NCBI GenBank assembly: GCA_017409875.1
Contig: JAFQRW010000008.1
Coordinates: forward strand, 181,390-245,389
Direction of reading: 5' to 3'
Source: Clostridia bacterium
Lineage (GTDB): Bacteria > Bacillota > Clostridia > RGIG6154
Length of the DNA: 64,000 nucleotides
In this document: positions 10,299 through 19,464 of the stretch, piece after piece
How the letters are laid out: each line of letters starts with the position of its first letter
Position numbering within the stretch: the stretch's first letter is position 1
Program-made: the position numbers and the translations under genes
The notes under the pieces: model-generated
Database searches by the model: none
Seen by the model: the letters and a program-made list of their open reading frames with translations, nothing else
What the model was told of the DNA's origin: nothing

Positions 10299-11218
10299 CC
10301 AGCCCCTTTTATTTTTAATATTGTCATTATTTGAAAAAGTTTTTTTATAAATGGTTGTTTGTATAGTTGATATTTTTGTAAAATTGTAAGTTTTTTAAAA
10401 ACAGAGCATTTGTGAATATTGGCATAACATTCAATCATTTTTAATTGATGTGGGGGTAGCAGCTTTTGATAACGTTTCAGAAATGAACAAGATTGATTAA
10501 TTGATGCTTTGACGGAATTTACCATTTGCGTGTTAGTTAATGGCGATATGGTTCTTGCACCTACCTGATTTTCTTCGTGCTGACGGTAGAGTATGGTGGG
10601 AGTGGTTACCACTTCAACTCTGCCGAAGGCTGATGCAATTAAAAACAGCCACCAGTCATGCATAATGATATCTTCAGAATTTGTTCCTTTTGCCAAATCA
10701 AGTAATGCTTTGTTAATCATCATGGTACAGCCTGTTACAATGTTTTGAACCAAAGCACGGTTTAAAGTGGTTTTGGTGATGTCAAATTTCTGCATTTTAA
10801 AGAATGATGGATTGATAGTGTTAAGGTTTTTGTCAACAACAGTTAAATCGGTATGGCAAAGAATGGGTACATCTTTGCCATAAGTGTTTTCTGTTGCCTG
10901 CATTTTTTTTAATGTTACTTCGATTTTGTTTTCAAACCAGATATCATCCTGATCGCAAAACATTATGTAGTCGGATTTTGCATAATTAATAAGCTCAAAA
11001 AAATTGTTTTTTGCGCTGCCGGACGGAACACCTTCAACAAATGTTACTTTTTCTGGATACAACTGGTTAAACTCTTTAATTATATACAAAGAGCTGTCAG
11101 TTGACCCGTCATCACGGATTATAATATTAAATTCTTTATAAGTCTGGTTTAAAATTGAGGTAAGCTGCTCTTTTAAATATTTTTCGCCGTTATAGACCGC
11201 AACAAGAATATCTATCAC
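10295..11218 (-). CDS. glycosyltransferase family 2 (rhamnosyltransferase-like)
   Basis: 307 aa. MIDILVAVYNGEKYLKEQLTSILNQTYKEFNIIIRDDGSTDSS, DQDD motif. Confidence 0.85.
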   Translation of the reverse strand: MIDILVAVYNGEKYLKEQLTSILNQTYKEFNIIIRDDGSTDSSLYIIKEFNQLYPEKVTFVEGVPSGSAKNNFFELINYAKSDYIMFCDQDDIWFENKIEVTLKKMQATENTYGKDVPILCHTDLTVVDKNLNTINPSFFKMQKFDITKTTLNRALVQNIVTGCTMMINKALLDLAKGTNSEDIIMHDWWLFLIASAFGRVEVVTTPTILYRQHEENQVGARTISPLTNTQMVNSVKASINQSCSFLKRYQKLLPPHQLKMIECYANIHKCSVFKKLTILQKYQLYKQPFIKKLFQIMTILKIKGAG

Positions 11219-11279
11219 ACAATCATCCTTTCAATAAATATTCTACCATGTATACCATTTAAAGTCAATCAGCGTGTTG

Positions 11280-11308
11280 TTGACAAATTTAAGCTTTTTT
11301 TGTATAAT
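11280..11308 (+). promoter_or_regulatory. sigma-70-type promoter for holB
   Basis: TTGACA, 17-nt spacer, TATAAT. About 30 nt upstream of the TTG start. Confidence 0.5.
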
Positions 11309-11341
11309 TAGATGTGTGATTTTTGAAAGGTTGAGTTTAAG

Positions 11342-12328
11342 TTGAAATTTGAAGCGGTAAAGTGGCAGGATGATATAATAAGCAGTATAAGATACAGTAT
11401 TTTAAACAACAGCTTAGGTCATGCTATGCTGCTTTGCGGCCAGAAAGATGAATGCTTTAAATTAGCAAATGCAGTTGCAGATGCTATATTGTGCGAGGGA
11501 AAGGATGCTTCTTTTTGCGGCTCATGCCCGTCGTGCGTTAAATTAAATGCTGGCTCGCATCCTGATAAAATCGTTGTTACACCTAAAAAGGCGAGTATGG
11601 GCGTTGAGGAAATAAGAGATTTTTCGGCAAATGTTTATATAAAACCATATTTTGGTGGCAGGAAAATTTATATTTTTAAAGACGCAGATAAACTTACCGT
11701 TGCTGCTCAAAATGCACTGTTAAAGCTATTGGAGGCACCGCCTTCGTATGTGCTTATCATTATGATAACACCAAAAGAAGAGGACTTGCTCCCAACAGTT
11801 TTGTCGAGGCTTATAAAATACACGCTTAAACTGCCGTCATGGCAGCAGGTTTTGCAGTATTTATCAGAAAAATATCCCGAAAAAAAAGAAATGGCAGCTT
11901 TTTGTGCCAGATTCTGCGACGGAAATCCAATTGGGGCAGAGCAGCTTTTAAAAGAGAACGGATTTTTTGATAAAAGAAAACGGCTTTTGATTTTTTTAGG
12001 AAAGCTTACTAAAAATGAAAAATCTGCAGTGTTTGATTTTGCAAATTATCTGACAGACGATAAAGATAATTTTGAAGAAAATCTGGGGTTTATATTTGCT
12101 ATCTTGCGTGACTGTGTTATGCTTAATGCAAACCTCGGAGAAAAAGCAGTAATAAACAGTGATTTGTGCAAAGAACTTACAGCACTTTCAAAAAGGGTTA
12201 CAAACACTAAAATTGATAGAGTAATTAAAGAGTTTTCTATGGCAAACGAAAATATAAAAAAGAATGCTTCGTTTGCGCTGACAGTTACAAATACGCTGCT
12301 TAGCGTTTGGGAGGAAATACATGACTGA
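11342..12328 (+). CDS. holB: DNA polymerase III subunit delta-prime
   Basis: 328 aa. AAA+ clamp-loader fold with degenerate P-loop, zinc module CGSCPSC, and LLKLLEAPP ... SRL (SRC-like) motif. TTG start. Confidence 0.8.
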   Translation: MKFEAVKWQDDIISSIRYSILNNSLGHAMLLCGQKDECFKLANAVADAILCEGKDASFCGSCPSCVKLNAGSHPDKIVVTPKKASMGVEEIRDFSANVYIKPYFGGRKIYIFKDADKLTVAAQNALLKLLEAPPSYVLIIMITPKEEDLLPTVLSRLIKYTLKLPSWQQVLQYLSEKYPEKKEMAAFCARFCDGNPIGAEQLLKENGFFDKRKRLLIFLGKLTKNEKSAVFDFANYLTDDKDNFEENLGFIFAILRDCVMLNANLGEKAVINSDLCKELTALSKRVTNTKIDRVIKEFSMANENIKKNASFALTVTNTLLSVWEEIHD

Positions 12329-13181
12329 AATAGTAGGAATCAGATTTAAAAATTCAGGCAAGGTTTACTATTTTGACCCTCAGGGCAAAAAGTACAACAA
12401 AGAACAAAATGTTATTGTTGAAACTGCAAGAGGAGTTGAAATGGGCGTTGTTGCGATAGCAAATAAAATGTCTGATGATAAAAATATAGTTTCACCGTTA
12501 AAGCCTGTTTTGCGCGGTGCAAGTGAAAAGGACTTAAAGCAGGCAAAAGAAAACGAAGAGAAAGAAAAAGAAGCCTATAAAATCTGTAATGAAAAGATTG
12601 AAAAGCATAATCTTGACATGAAATTGGTTGATGTTGAATATACATTTGACCAGAATAAGATTTTGTTTTACTTTACATCAGACGGACGAGTTGACTTCAG
12701 AGAACTTGTAAAAGACTTAGCCTCTGTATTCAAAACAAGGATAGAACTTCGCCAGATCGGTGTACGTGATGAGGCAAAAATTGTAGGCGGACTTGGTGTG
12801 TGCGGAAGAAAGCTTTGCTGTGCTTCACATTTAGGAGGATTTGAACCTGTGTCAATCAAAATGGCAAAGGAACAGAATTTGTCACTTAATCCAACAAAAA
12901 TTTCCGGCACATGCTCAAGACTCATGTGCTGTTTAAAATACGAGCAGGAGGCATACGAGGAACTTAATAAAATTACGCCGAATGTTGGCTCTGAGGTTGA
13001 AACGCTATCAGGCAGAGGTTTTGTTACCGACGTGAATCTTTTGAAGGGATTATTAAAGGTAAGCCTTGCTGAAAGTGACAACAATATTCAAACCTATCAT
13101 GTAAGTGAAATTAAAGTTATTAAATCAGCAAAAATCAGGGTTAGTGATGAGGACCTTAAGATGCTTAAAGATTTAGAGTAA
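12321..13181 (+). CDS. PSP1 domain protein (RicT/YaaT, stage 0 sporulation protein)
   Basis: 286 aa. PSP1 C-terminal domain with LCCASHLGGFEPVSIKMAKEQNLSLNPTKISGTCSRLMCCLKYE. Sits downstream of holB as in Bacillus yaaT. Confidence 0.8.
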   Translation: MTEIVGIRFKNSGKVYYFDPQGKKYNKEQNVIVETARGVEMGVVAIANKMSDDKNIVSPLKPVLRGASEKDLKQAKENEEKEKEAYKICNEKIEKHNLDMKLVDVEYTFDQNKILFYFTSDGRVDFRELVKDLASVFKTRIELRQIGVRDEAKIVGGLGVCGRKLCCASHLGGFEPVSIKMAKEQNLSLNPTKISGTCSRLMCCLKYEQEAYEELNKITPNVGSEVETLSGRGFVTDVNLLKGLLKVSLAESDNNIQTYHVSEIKVIKSAKIRVSDEDLKMLKDLE

Positions 13182-13209
13182 CTATTTGTAAAAAAATACT
13201 TGCAAAATT

Positions 13210-13238
13210 TAAATTTTATGATACAATGTATATAGTGT
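13210..13238 (+). promoter_or_regulatory. sigma-70-type promoter (extended -10) for the ferredoxin gene
   Basis: TTGCAA, 16-nt spacer, TGaTACAAT. Confidence 0.45.
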
Positions 13239-13256
13239 TTAAGGAGGTGTTCTACG

Positions 13257-13427
13257 ATGGCATATGTAATTAACGACGAATGCATCAGCTGTGGCGCTTG
13301 TGAAGGCGAATGCCCTGTATCTTGCATTGCTGCTGGCGATGGTAAGTACGAAATCAACGCAGACGAATGTATCGAATGCGGTTCATGCGCAAGTGTTTGC
13401 CCTGTTGGCGCTCCTGTTGCTGAATAA
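13257..13427 (+). CDS. 4Fe-4S ferredoxin (2x[4Fe-4S], clostridial type)
   Basis: 56 aa, absent from the ORF track because it is under 60 aa. MAYVINDECISCGACEGECPVSCI...CIECGSCASVCPVGAP. AAGGAGG RBS at 13241-13247. Confidence 0.85.
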   Translation: MAYVINDECISCGACEGECPVSCIAAGDGKYEINADECIECGSCASVCPVGAPVAE

Positions 13428-13442
13428 TATTACGCAAAAAAA

Positions 13443-13476
13443 GAGCGATGGCAGACAGTCATCGCTTTTTTTGTTT
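13443..13476 (+). terminator. rho-independent terminator after the ferredoxin gene
   Basis: GAGCGATG-gcagacagt-CATCGCT stem followed by TTTTTTTGTTTTGTT. Confidence 0.65.
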
Positions 13477-13493
13477 TGTTAGGAGTATTTGTT

Positions 13494-14240
13494 TTGAGTT
13501 TACGAATTGATGATTTGCAGATTAATAATTTAAAACTTATTCAGGATAAAAGTCTGTTTTGCTTTGGAACAGATGCTGTTTTGCTTGCAAATTTTGCAAA
13601 GCCCTTAATAAACGCAGAAATACTTGACATTGGAACAGGTAATGGAATAATCCCTGTTTTACTGTCTGCCAAGGTAAAAGCAAAACATATAACAGGTATA
13701 GAAATTCAACAAGAGAGCTTTTTGCTTGCACAAAAAAACATTGAACTCAACTCACTTGGCGGTCTTGTTTCTGTAGTTTTGGGAGATGTAAGACAAAAAG
13801 AGTGCCTTAATAAACAGTTTAACTACATAACCTGTAATCCACCATATAAAATGGCAGGAACGGGAATTGAAAATCCAAAATCACCGCTTGCAATAGCTCG
13901 CCATGAGCTTACACTGACATTGGATGATGTTTTTAGCAGGGCAGAAAAACTTTTGGTTTCAAAAGGCAAAATTGCAATGGTACATAAGCCTGAAAGACTT
14001 GCTGAAATTTTTTATACTATGAATAAATATAAAATTGAGCCTAAAAGACTGCAGCTTGTTTATTCAACTGCTAAGGCTGCCGAACCATCCTTGGTTTTGG
14101 TTGAAGGCGCAAAAGACGGCGGTAAGGGAATAAGATATGAAAAAAACCTGTATGTTTATGACGAAAATGGCAACTATACTGCAAACATCAATGATTTATA
14201 TAATAAGACCTTAAAGGAGGATGAAAATGAGCGAGCATAA
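13494..14240 (+). CDS. class I SAM-dependent methyltransferase (tRNA1(Val) m6A37 methyltransferase YfiC/TrmN6-like)
   Basis: DIGTGNG and CNPPY motifs. The start is uncertain. The open frame begins at 13476, and a TTG at 13494 follows an AGGAG RBS. Confidence 0.7.
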   Translation: MSLRIDDLQINNLKLIQDKSLFCFGTDAVLLANFAKPLINAEILDIGTGNGIIPVLLSAKVKAKHITGIEIQQESFLLAQKNIELNSLGGLVSVVLGDVRQKECLNKQFNYITCNPPYKMAGTGIENPKSPLAIARHELTLTLDDVFSRAEKLLVSKGKIAMVHKPERLAEIFYTMNKYKIEPKRLQLVYSTAKAAEPSLVLVEGAKDGGKGIRYEKNLYVYDENGNYTANINDLYNKTLKEDENERA

Positions 14241-15063
14241 ACTTTATTTGGTGGCAACGCCCATAGGTAATCTTTCTGATATGTCAAAAAGAGCGATAGA
14301 AGTGTTACAAAACGTAGATTTTATCGCAGCGGAAGATACAAGGAATACTTTAAAGCTTTTAAATAAGTTTGGAATTAAAAAACCTATGGTCAGCTATTTT
14401 GAGCATAATAAGAGACAGCGTGGGGAGTATATTGTTTCAAGAATAGAGAGCGGAGAAAATTGCGCTTTGGTTACCGATGCGGGAACTCCTGCAATTTCAG
14501 ACCCGGGCGAAGATATTGTAAAACTATGTGCCGAAAAAGATATTGATGTTGTGCCAATTCCGGGAGCTTGTGCGTTTGTTCAGGCACTTATTGTTTCGGG
14601 GTTAGATACGGGAAGATTTTCTTTTGAGGGTTTTTTATCGGTGAATAAACCACAGCGAAATAAACATTTGGAAGAAATAAAAATGCATACCCAGACACTT
14701 ATATTTTATGAGGCTCCGCACAAGTTAAGAAAGACGCTTTCAGATTTATATAGCCACTTGGGGGACAGAAAGATTGCCCTTTGCCGTGAGCTTACAAAAA
14801 TGTACGAACAAGTGATAAGGACAACAATTAAAGGCGCTATTGATTATTTTGAAGCCAAAGAGCCTAAGGGTGAATTTGTTTTAGTTGTTGAGGGTTTTAA
14901 AGGTGAGGAAGTCGGTCAAATGACCAACGAAGATATACTGCAAGAAGTAAATAACCTTTTAAATAGCGGAATGGATAAGAAAAGTGCAATAAAAGAAGCA
15001 GCAACAAAAGCAGGACTTCCAAAACGTGAGGTTTACCAAATGGTCTTACAAAGCGAGCAGTAA
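14227..15063 (+). CDS. rsmI: 16S rRNA (cytidine1402-2'-O)-methyltransferase
   Basis: LYLVATPIGNLSDMSKRAIEVLQNVDFIAAEDTR. Tetrapyrrole methylase fold typical of RsmI. ATG at 14227, 6 nt after AAGGAGG. Confidence 0.85.
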   Translation: MSEHKLYLVATPIGNLSDMSKRAIEVLQNVDFIAAEDTRNTLKLLNKFGIKKPMVSYFEHNKRQRGEYIVSRIESGENCALVTDAGTPAISDPGEDIVKLCAEKDIDVVPIPGACAFVQALIVSGLDTGRFSFEGFLSVNKPQRNKHLEEIKMHTQTLIFYEAPHKLRKTLSDLYSHLGDRKIALCRELTKMYEQVIRTTIKGAIDYFEAKEPKGEFVLVVEGFKGEEVGQMTNEDILQEVNNLLNSGMDKKSAIKEAATKAGLPKREVYQMVLQSEQ

Positions 15064-15104
15064 CAAATTTCAAGTTCCCTTAATATTATAAATTAAGGGA
15101 GTGA

Positions 15105-15407
15105 GTGCAAGTGCTTTTTGAAATATTATTTTGTTTTTTTACGGTTTTTGGTATAATGCAACTTATGGCGCTTTTGTGGGAAATGTTTTTTTCAAAAATC
15201 CCATCAGATGCAGCACTTATTGTAAAAGTGGATGAAAATACGGACTTTAAAGTGCTTTGCTCAGAGCTTAAAAACCAAAAGGCAAATGTTGTTTTTGTGT
15301 ATGATGACATTAACGAAAAAAAGCTTAAGATTTTAGAAAAAAATTTCGAGTTTGCGCGCTTTATTTCAAAAGACAGTTTAACAAACGAACTTTCAAGGAT
15401 AATATAA
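15105..15407 (+). CDS. hypothetical small membrane-anchored protein
   Basis: 100 aa with a GTG start and one N-terminal TM helix. The RBS lies in the 3' arm of a hairpin at 15077-15099. Confidence 0.4.
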   Translation: MQVLFEILFCFFTVFGIMQLMALLWEMFFSKIPSDAALIVKVDENTDFKVLCSELKNQKANVVFVYDDINEKKLKILEKNFEFARFISKDSLTNELSRII

Positions 15408-15419
15408 ACGGAGAAAAAT

Positions 15420-17618
15420 ATGGAGAAAATTACCGGTACAATAGAAGAAGTTATTTTTTACAATGAAGACAATGGGTATTGCGTTGCAGATATTGATTCA
15501 AACGGAGTACTTATAACTATTGTAGGAAATATTATGGGGATTTCTCCCGGTGAAAGCATAACGGTTGAGGGAGAATATAAAACGCACCCCGTGTACGGAC
15601 ATCAGTTTTCAGTTCGTGCTTTTTCTAAAACACCGCCTAATTCGATAGACAGCATTTATAAATATTTAAGTTCGGGGATGATTAAGGGCATAAGGTCTGC
15701 AACAGCTAAAAAGATTGTGGATGCGTTTGGTACTGATTCTTTGAATGTAATAGAAAATACCCCTGAAAAACTTGCTGATATTAAAGGGATAAGCATTAAA
15801 AAGGCTTATGAAATCGGCAATTCCTACATAACACAGTTTGGTGTGAGAAATATTGTTATGTTTTTACAGGAGTATGATATTTCAATAGGATTTTCAGGGA
15901 AAATATTTAAAAAATTCGGCTACAATGCCATAGAAAAAATAAGGGCAAACCCTTATATCTTATGCGAGCAAATTCACGGAATAGGGTTTAAAACAGCTGA
16001 TAAAATAGCATTAAAACTCGGTGGAAACATAAACAGTCAGGAAAGAGTAAAAGCGGGTGTTAAATATGTCTTGCAGGAGTTTTCTTCAAGCGGGCATACT
16101 TTTTGCCCTGAATATTTGCTTGTAAAAAAAGGCGCTGCGGTTTTACAGTGCGATGAAAGTGTTGTAGGTAACGCTATAACCGAGCTTTCGATAGAAAGAG
16201 GAATAATAATTGAGAAAAAGGAAGATTTTAATGCAGTATATCTTCCTTCGATGCACGTTGCAGAAAAAAATGTCGCATATATTTTAAAACAACTAAATGC
16301 TAAATATCCTGAAAAAGAAACACCTGAGCTTGTGAAAATCATAGAAAAAGTGGAAAAGCATACAAAAATCACACTTAATTCTGCTCAGAAAAAAGCGGTT
16401 ATAAATGCGCTTACAATGCCGGTTTTGGTAATTACCGGAGGCCCTGGCACAGGAAAAACTACGGTTATTAATACAATAATTAACGCAATGGAGCTTAGCG
16501 GAAAAACTGTAACCTTAGCAGCGCCTACAGGCAGGGCCGCAAAAAGAATTTCAGAACTTTCGGGCAGAGAAGCTAAGACCATTCACAGACTATTAGAGTC
16601 AAATTTTTCGTGTGATGAAGACAAAACTGTGTTTTCAAGAAACGAAACAAATCCGCTGGATGCAAAAGCTGTTATAATAGACGAGATGTCTATGGTGGAC
16701 CTTATGTTATTTAACAGCCTTTTAAAAGCAATCCCTGAAGGTACAACCTTAATAATGGTAGGAGATGCAGACCAGCTTCCGTCGGTAGGACCCGGAAATG
16801 TTTTGAGAGATATTATAAGAAGCGGCGGAATTGAAACTGTGCAGCTTACAGAAATTTTCAGACAAGCTCAGGAAAGTATGATTGTTGTAAATGCTCACAG
16901 AATCAATAGCGGACTTTTTCCTTATCTTAATGAACAAAACAAGGACTTCTTTTTTATTAAAAGGCAGTCGCCCGAACAGATAATTTCAACTATTGTTGAG
17001 CTTGTGAAAACAAGACTTCCCAAAACCTATGATTTAGACCCGTTTTGCGATATTCAGGTTTTAACACCAACCCGAAAAGGTGCTGTGGGTGTTAATTCTT
17101 TGAATAAAGCACTTCAAGAGGCGTTAAACCCACCTGAAAATCGGCTAAAAACCCAGCAGGAAATTGGTGGCATCTTGTTCCGTGAGCTTGACAAGGTTAT
17201 GCAGATTAAAAACAATTATGATATCGAATGGGAAAGTGCAAACCAAAAAGAGATTGGACTCGGACTTTTTAACGGCGATATCGGAATTGTAGAGAAAATT
17301 GACAAAGAATACGAGCTTATGAATATAACATTTGACGGAGAAAAAGAAGTTATATATCCTTTTTCTTATGCTTCGGATTTGGAACAGGCGTATGCAACTA
17401 CTATTCATAAAAGCCAGGGAAGCGAGTTCCCGGTAGTAATTATTCCTATGTTTCCGGCACCTATTTCGCTTATGAGCAGGAATTTACTTTATACTGCGGT
17501 AACCAGAGCAAAAAAACTTGTTGTTTTGGTTGGACAAGCAGGAGTGTTAGAGCAGATGGTTAAGAACAATTCTGAGGTTAACAGATTTTCAGGACTTAAA
17601 GAAAGGCTTATGTATTAA
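15420..17618 (+). CDS. recD2: ATP-dependent RecD-like DNA helicase (RecD2, SF1B)
   Basis: 732 aa. N-terminal HhH region, Walker A GGPGTGKTT, DEMSMVD, C-terminal SF1B motifs. Confidence 0.85.
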   Translation: MEKITGTIEEVIFYNEDNGYCVADIDSNGVLITIVGNIMGISPGESITVEGEYKTHPVYGHQFSVRAFSKTPPNSIDSIYKYLSSGMIKGIRSATAKKIVDAFGTDSLNVIENTPEKLADIKGISIKKAYEIGNSYITQFGVRNIVMFLQEYDISIGFSGKIFKKFGYNAIEKIRANPYILCEQIHGIGFKTADKIALKLGGNINSQERVKAGVKYVLQEFSSSGHTFCPEYLLVKKGAAVLQCDESVVGNAITELSIERGIIIEKKEDFNAVYLPSMHVAEKNVAYILKQLNAKYPEKETPELVKIIEKVEKHTKITLNSAQKKAVINALTMPVLVITGGPGTGKTTVINTIINAMELSGKTVTLAAPTGRAAKRISELSGREAKTIHRLLESNFSCDEDKTVFSRNETNPLDAKAVIIDEMSMVDLMLFNSLLKAIPEGTTLIMVGDADQLPSVGPGNVLRDIIRSGGIETVQLTEIFRQAQESMIVVNAHRINSGLFPYLNEQNKDFFFIKRQSPEQIISTIVELVKTRLPKTYDLDPFCDIQVLTPTRKGAVGVNSLNKALQEALNPPENRLKTQQEIGGILFRELDKVMQIKNNYDIEWESANQKEIGLGLFNGDIGIVEKIDKEYELMNITFDGEKEVIYPFSYASDLEQAYATTIHKSQGSEFPVVIIPMFPAPISLMSRNLLYTAVTRAKKLVVLVGQAGVLEQMVKNNSEVNRFSGLKERLMY

Positions 17619-18340
17619 TGATTAGCTTTGAAAGAATTTTAAGAGTATTTTTCCCGCCAAAGTGTATATGCTGTGATAACTTGGTTGACATAGATATGAG
17701 CTATCCTCATATATGTAAAGAATGCAAAGACAGAGTTAAAATAAGCCCTATAAGAATATGTCCCGTGTGCAGCAGACCTATGGATATTAATGCTTATGCG
17801 CCGTATTGTAAATACTGTGCAGGTGAAAAGGTAAAGTTTAAGTATTTGATTTCACCGCTTGTATATGATGAAACAGGTTCTGAGATAATTAAAAAGTATA
17901 AGTTTTTGTCAAGAACCGAGATGGCTAACAGCTTAGCGGTTTTGTTGTGGGAAAGAATAAAGCAGTATAATTTAGAAACTGAATTTGATGTAATTATTCC
18001 TGCACCATCAGGAAAAACAAAAGGACTTAATTTAAGAACTGAACACATGAAAGATTTGTGCAAAGTATTAAGCCGTCTTTCAGGCGTGCCTTACAAAGAG
18101 CTTTTATTTAAAAAGGATAAAACAGTATCACAAAACAGCCTTGGAGCAAAAGAAAGAAAAACAAATCTTAAGGGCAAAATTATATATAAGGGCGGAGAAT
18201 ATAACAAGGTTTTGCTTGTTGACGACGTTTATACAACAGGCGCAACCATTGATGAAAGCTGTCTTATGCTAAAAAAGGCAGGTTGCAAAGAAATTTATGT
18301 GGGAATTATTGCGGTGAACATAAATGAAGAATTTGAGTAA
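17618..18340 (+). CDS. comFC: ComF family protein (phosphoribosyltransferase domain, ComFC-like)
   Basis: N-terminal double zinc-ribbon (CxxC x4) then a PRTase domain (LLVDDVYTTGATI). Follows recD2 as in many Firmicutes. Confidence 0.75.
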   Translation: MISFERILRVFFPPKCICCDNLVDIDMSYPHICKECKDRVKISPIRICPVCSRPMDINAYAPYCKYCAGEKVKFKYLISPLVYDETGSEIIKKYKFLSRTEMANSLAVLLWERIKQYNLETEFDVIIPAPSGKTKGLNLRTEHMKDLCKVLSRLSGVPYKELLFKKDKTVSQNSLGAKERKTNLKGKIIYKGGEYNKVLLVDDVYTTGATIDESCLMLKKAGCKEIYVGIIAVNINEEFE

Positions 18341-19082
18341 TTTTATTTTAAACCTTGGTATTGATCGCTTTGGATTTTGCAAAGCGGGAGATTTTTATGC
18401 AGTTGTTATGCTTTTCCCATATTATTCAGGAAAAGTTGATGATTCTAATATTTCTGTCTATACTTATTCAGAGGATTATCACATTATTATAAAAAGATAT
18501 CTTGAAAAAGTGGCAGATTTTATTAAGTTGGCAGGAAAGTTTAATACTCAGATTTATGTTGATGTAAGTCCGTATAATGACATTGAGCTTGGATTTAAAG
18601 CAGGACTCGGCGTGATAGGAAAAAACGGACTTTTAATTAATGACAAATATGGAACTTTCCACTTTATAGGATATGTAGTAACAGATATGCCTTTAAGCGA
18701 GTCGGTGCCACTTAAAGGAGAATGCCTTAACTGCAATAAATGTATAAAAAATTGCCCGGCAGGTGCATTAAAAGATAAAGATTTTACCAAGTGTTTGTCA
18801 GAAGTTACTCAAAAAAAGGGCAAGCTTTCAGATGATGAAATAAAGCTTATTAAAGAAAACGGCAGTTCCTTTGGTTGCGATATATGCCAAAATGTTTGTC
18901 CTATGAACAAGTTTAATATAACACCTATAGAGGATTTTAAGGTAAATCTTGTAACAAAAATTAAAAGCAGTGATTTTGAGGGGCTTTCAAATAAAGAGTT
19001 TAAACAAAAATATCAAAACCGTGCTTTTTCGTGGAGAGGTAAAAATGTGCTTTTGAGAAATCTTGATATTTTAGACAGCTAA
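18324..19082 (+). CDS. epoxyqueuosine reductase QueG-like 4Fe-4S protein (short form)
   Basis: ECLNCNKCIKNCPAGAL and FGCDICQNVCPMN match the QueG ferredoxin/C-terminal motifs. At 252 aa it is shorter than canonical QueG (about 380 aa). Confidence 0.55.
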   Translation: MKNLSNFILNLGIDRFGFCKAGDFYAVVMLFPYYSGKVDDSNISVYTYSEDYHIIIKRYLEKVADFIKLAGKFNTQIYVDVSPYNDIELGFKAGLGVIGKNGLLINDKYGTFHFIGYVVTDMPLSESVPLKGECLNCNKCIKNCPAGALKDKDFTKCLSEVTQKKGKLSDDEIKLIKENGSSFGCDICQNVCPMNKFNITPIEDFKVNLVTKIKSSDFEGLSNKEFKQKYQNRAFSWRGKNVLLRNLDILDS

Positions 19083-19345
19083 GCACGCCTTAGAGAAGAT
19101 GTTTCTGATGGCAGAATGTAGTCTACAAGTATTATATCTTCTCCAACAGTCTTTATATTGTTCCATGGAATAACATAGTCGTCGGCAGTGCCGAAAAGAC
19201 CTAAAAATTTTGCACCGCCAGGGATTATTATGGCATTTAGTTTTCCGGTGGTTATGTCAATGTCAACATCGCATACATATCCAAGACGCTTTCCGTCATA
19301 AATGTTTATTACTTCTTTTTGCCTGAAATCAGATGTTTTGTTCAT
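19079..19345 (-). CDS. YlmC/YmxH family sporulation protein (PRC-barrel)
   Basis: MNKTSDFRQKEVINIYDGKRLGYVCDVDIDITTGKLNAIIIPGG. Start taken at the internal ATG preceded by a GGAGG-like RBS. The ORF track extends it 10 codons further. Confidence 0.75.
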   Translation of the reverse strand: MNKTSDFRQKEVINIYDGKRLGYVCDVDIDITTGKLNAIIIPGGAKFLGLFGTADDYVIPWNNIKTVGEDIILVDYILPSETSSLRRA

Positions 19346-19464
19346 AAAAAAATCCTCCTTTGCAGATTGGTACATTATATGATTTTAAATACCCATTTAT
19401 GTTTGACAAACTAATAGTGATATGATAAAATTTTAGAGATATAAAATAAAAAAGGCGGTATTTT

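Noticed and set aside
12668-13084. 138-aa minus-strand ORF inside the PSP1/RicT gene. Similar antisense ORFs include 12412-12645, 16037-16372, 28875-29267, 34723-35041, 41772-42095, 50002-50229 and 57543-57909.
   Set aside because: Each is fully embedded antisense in a well-supported CDS. They have low-complexity composition, no RBS and no domain signal, so they are treated as spurious.
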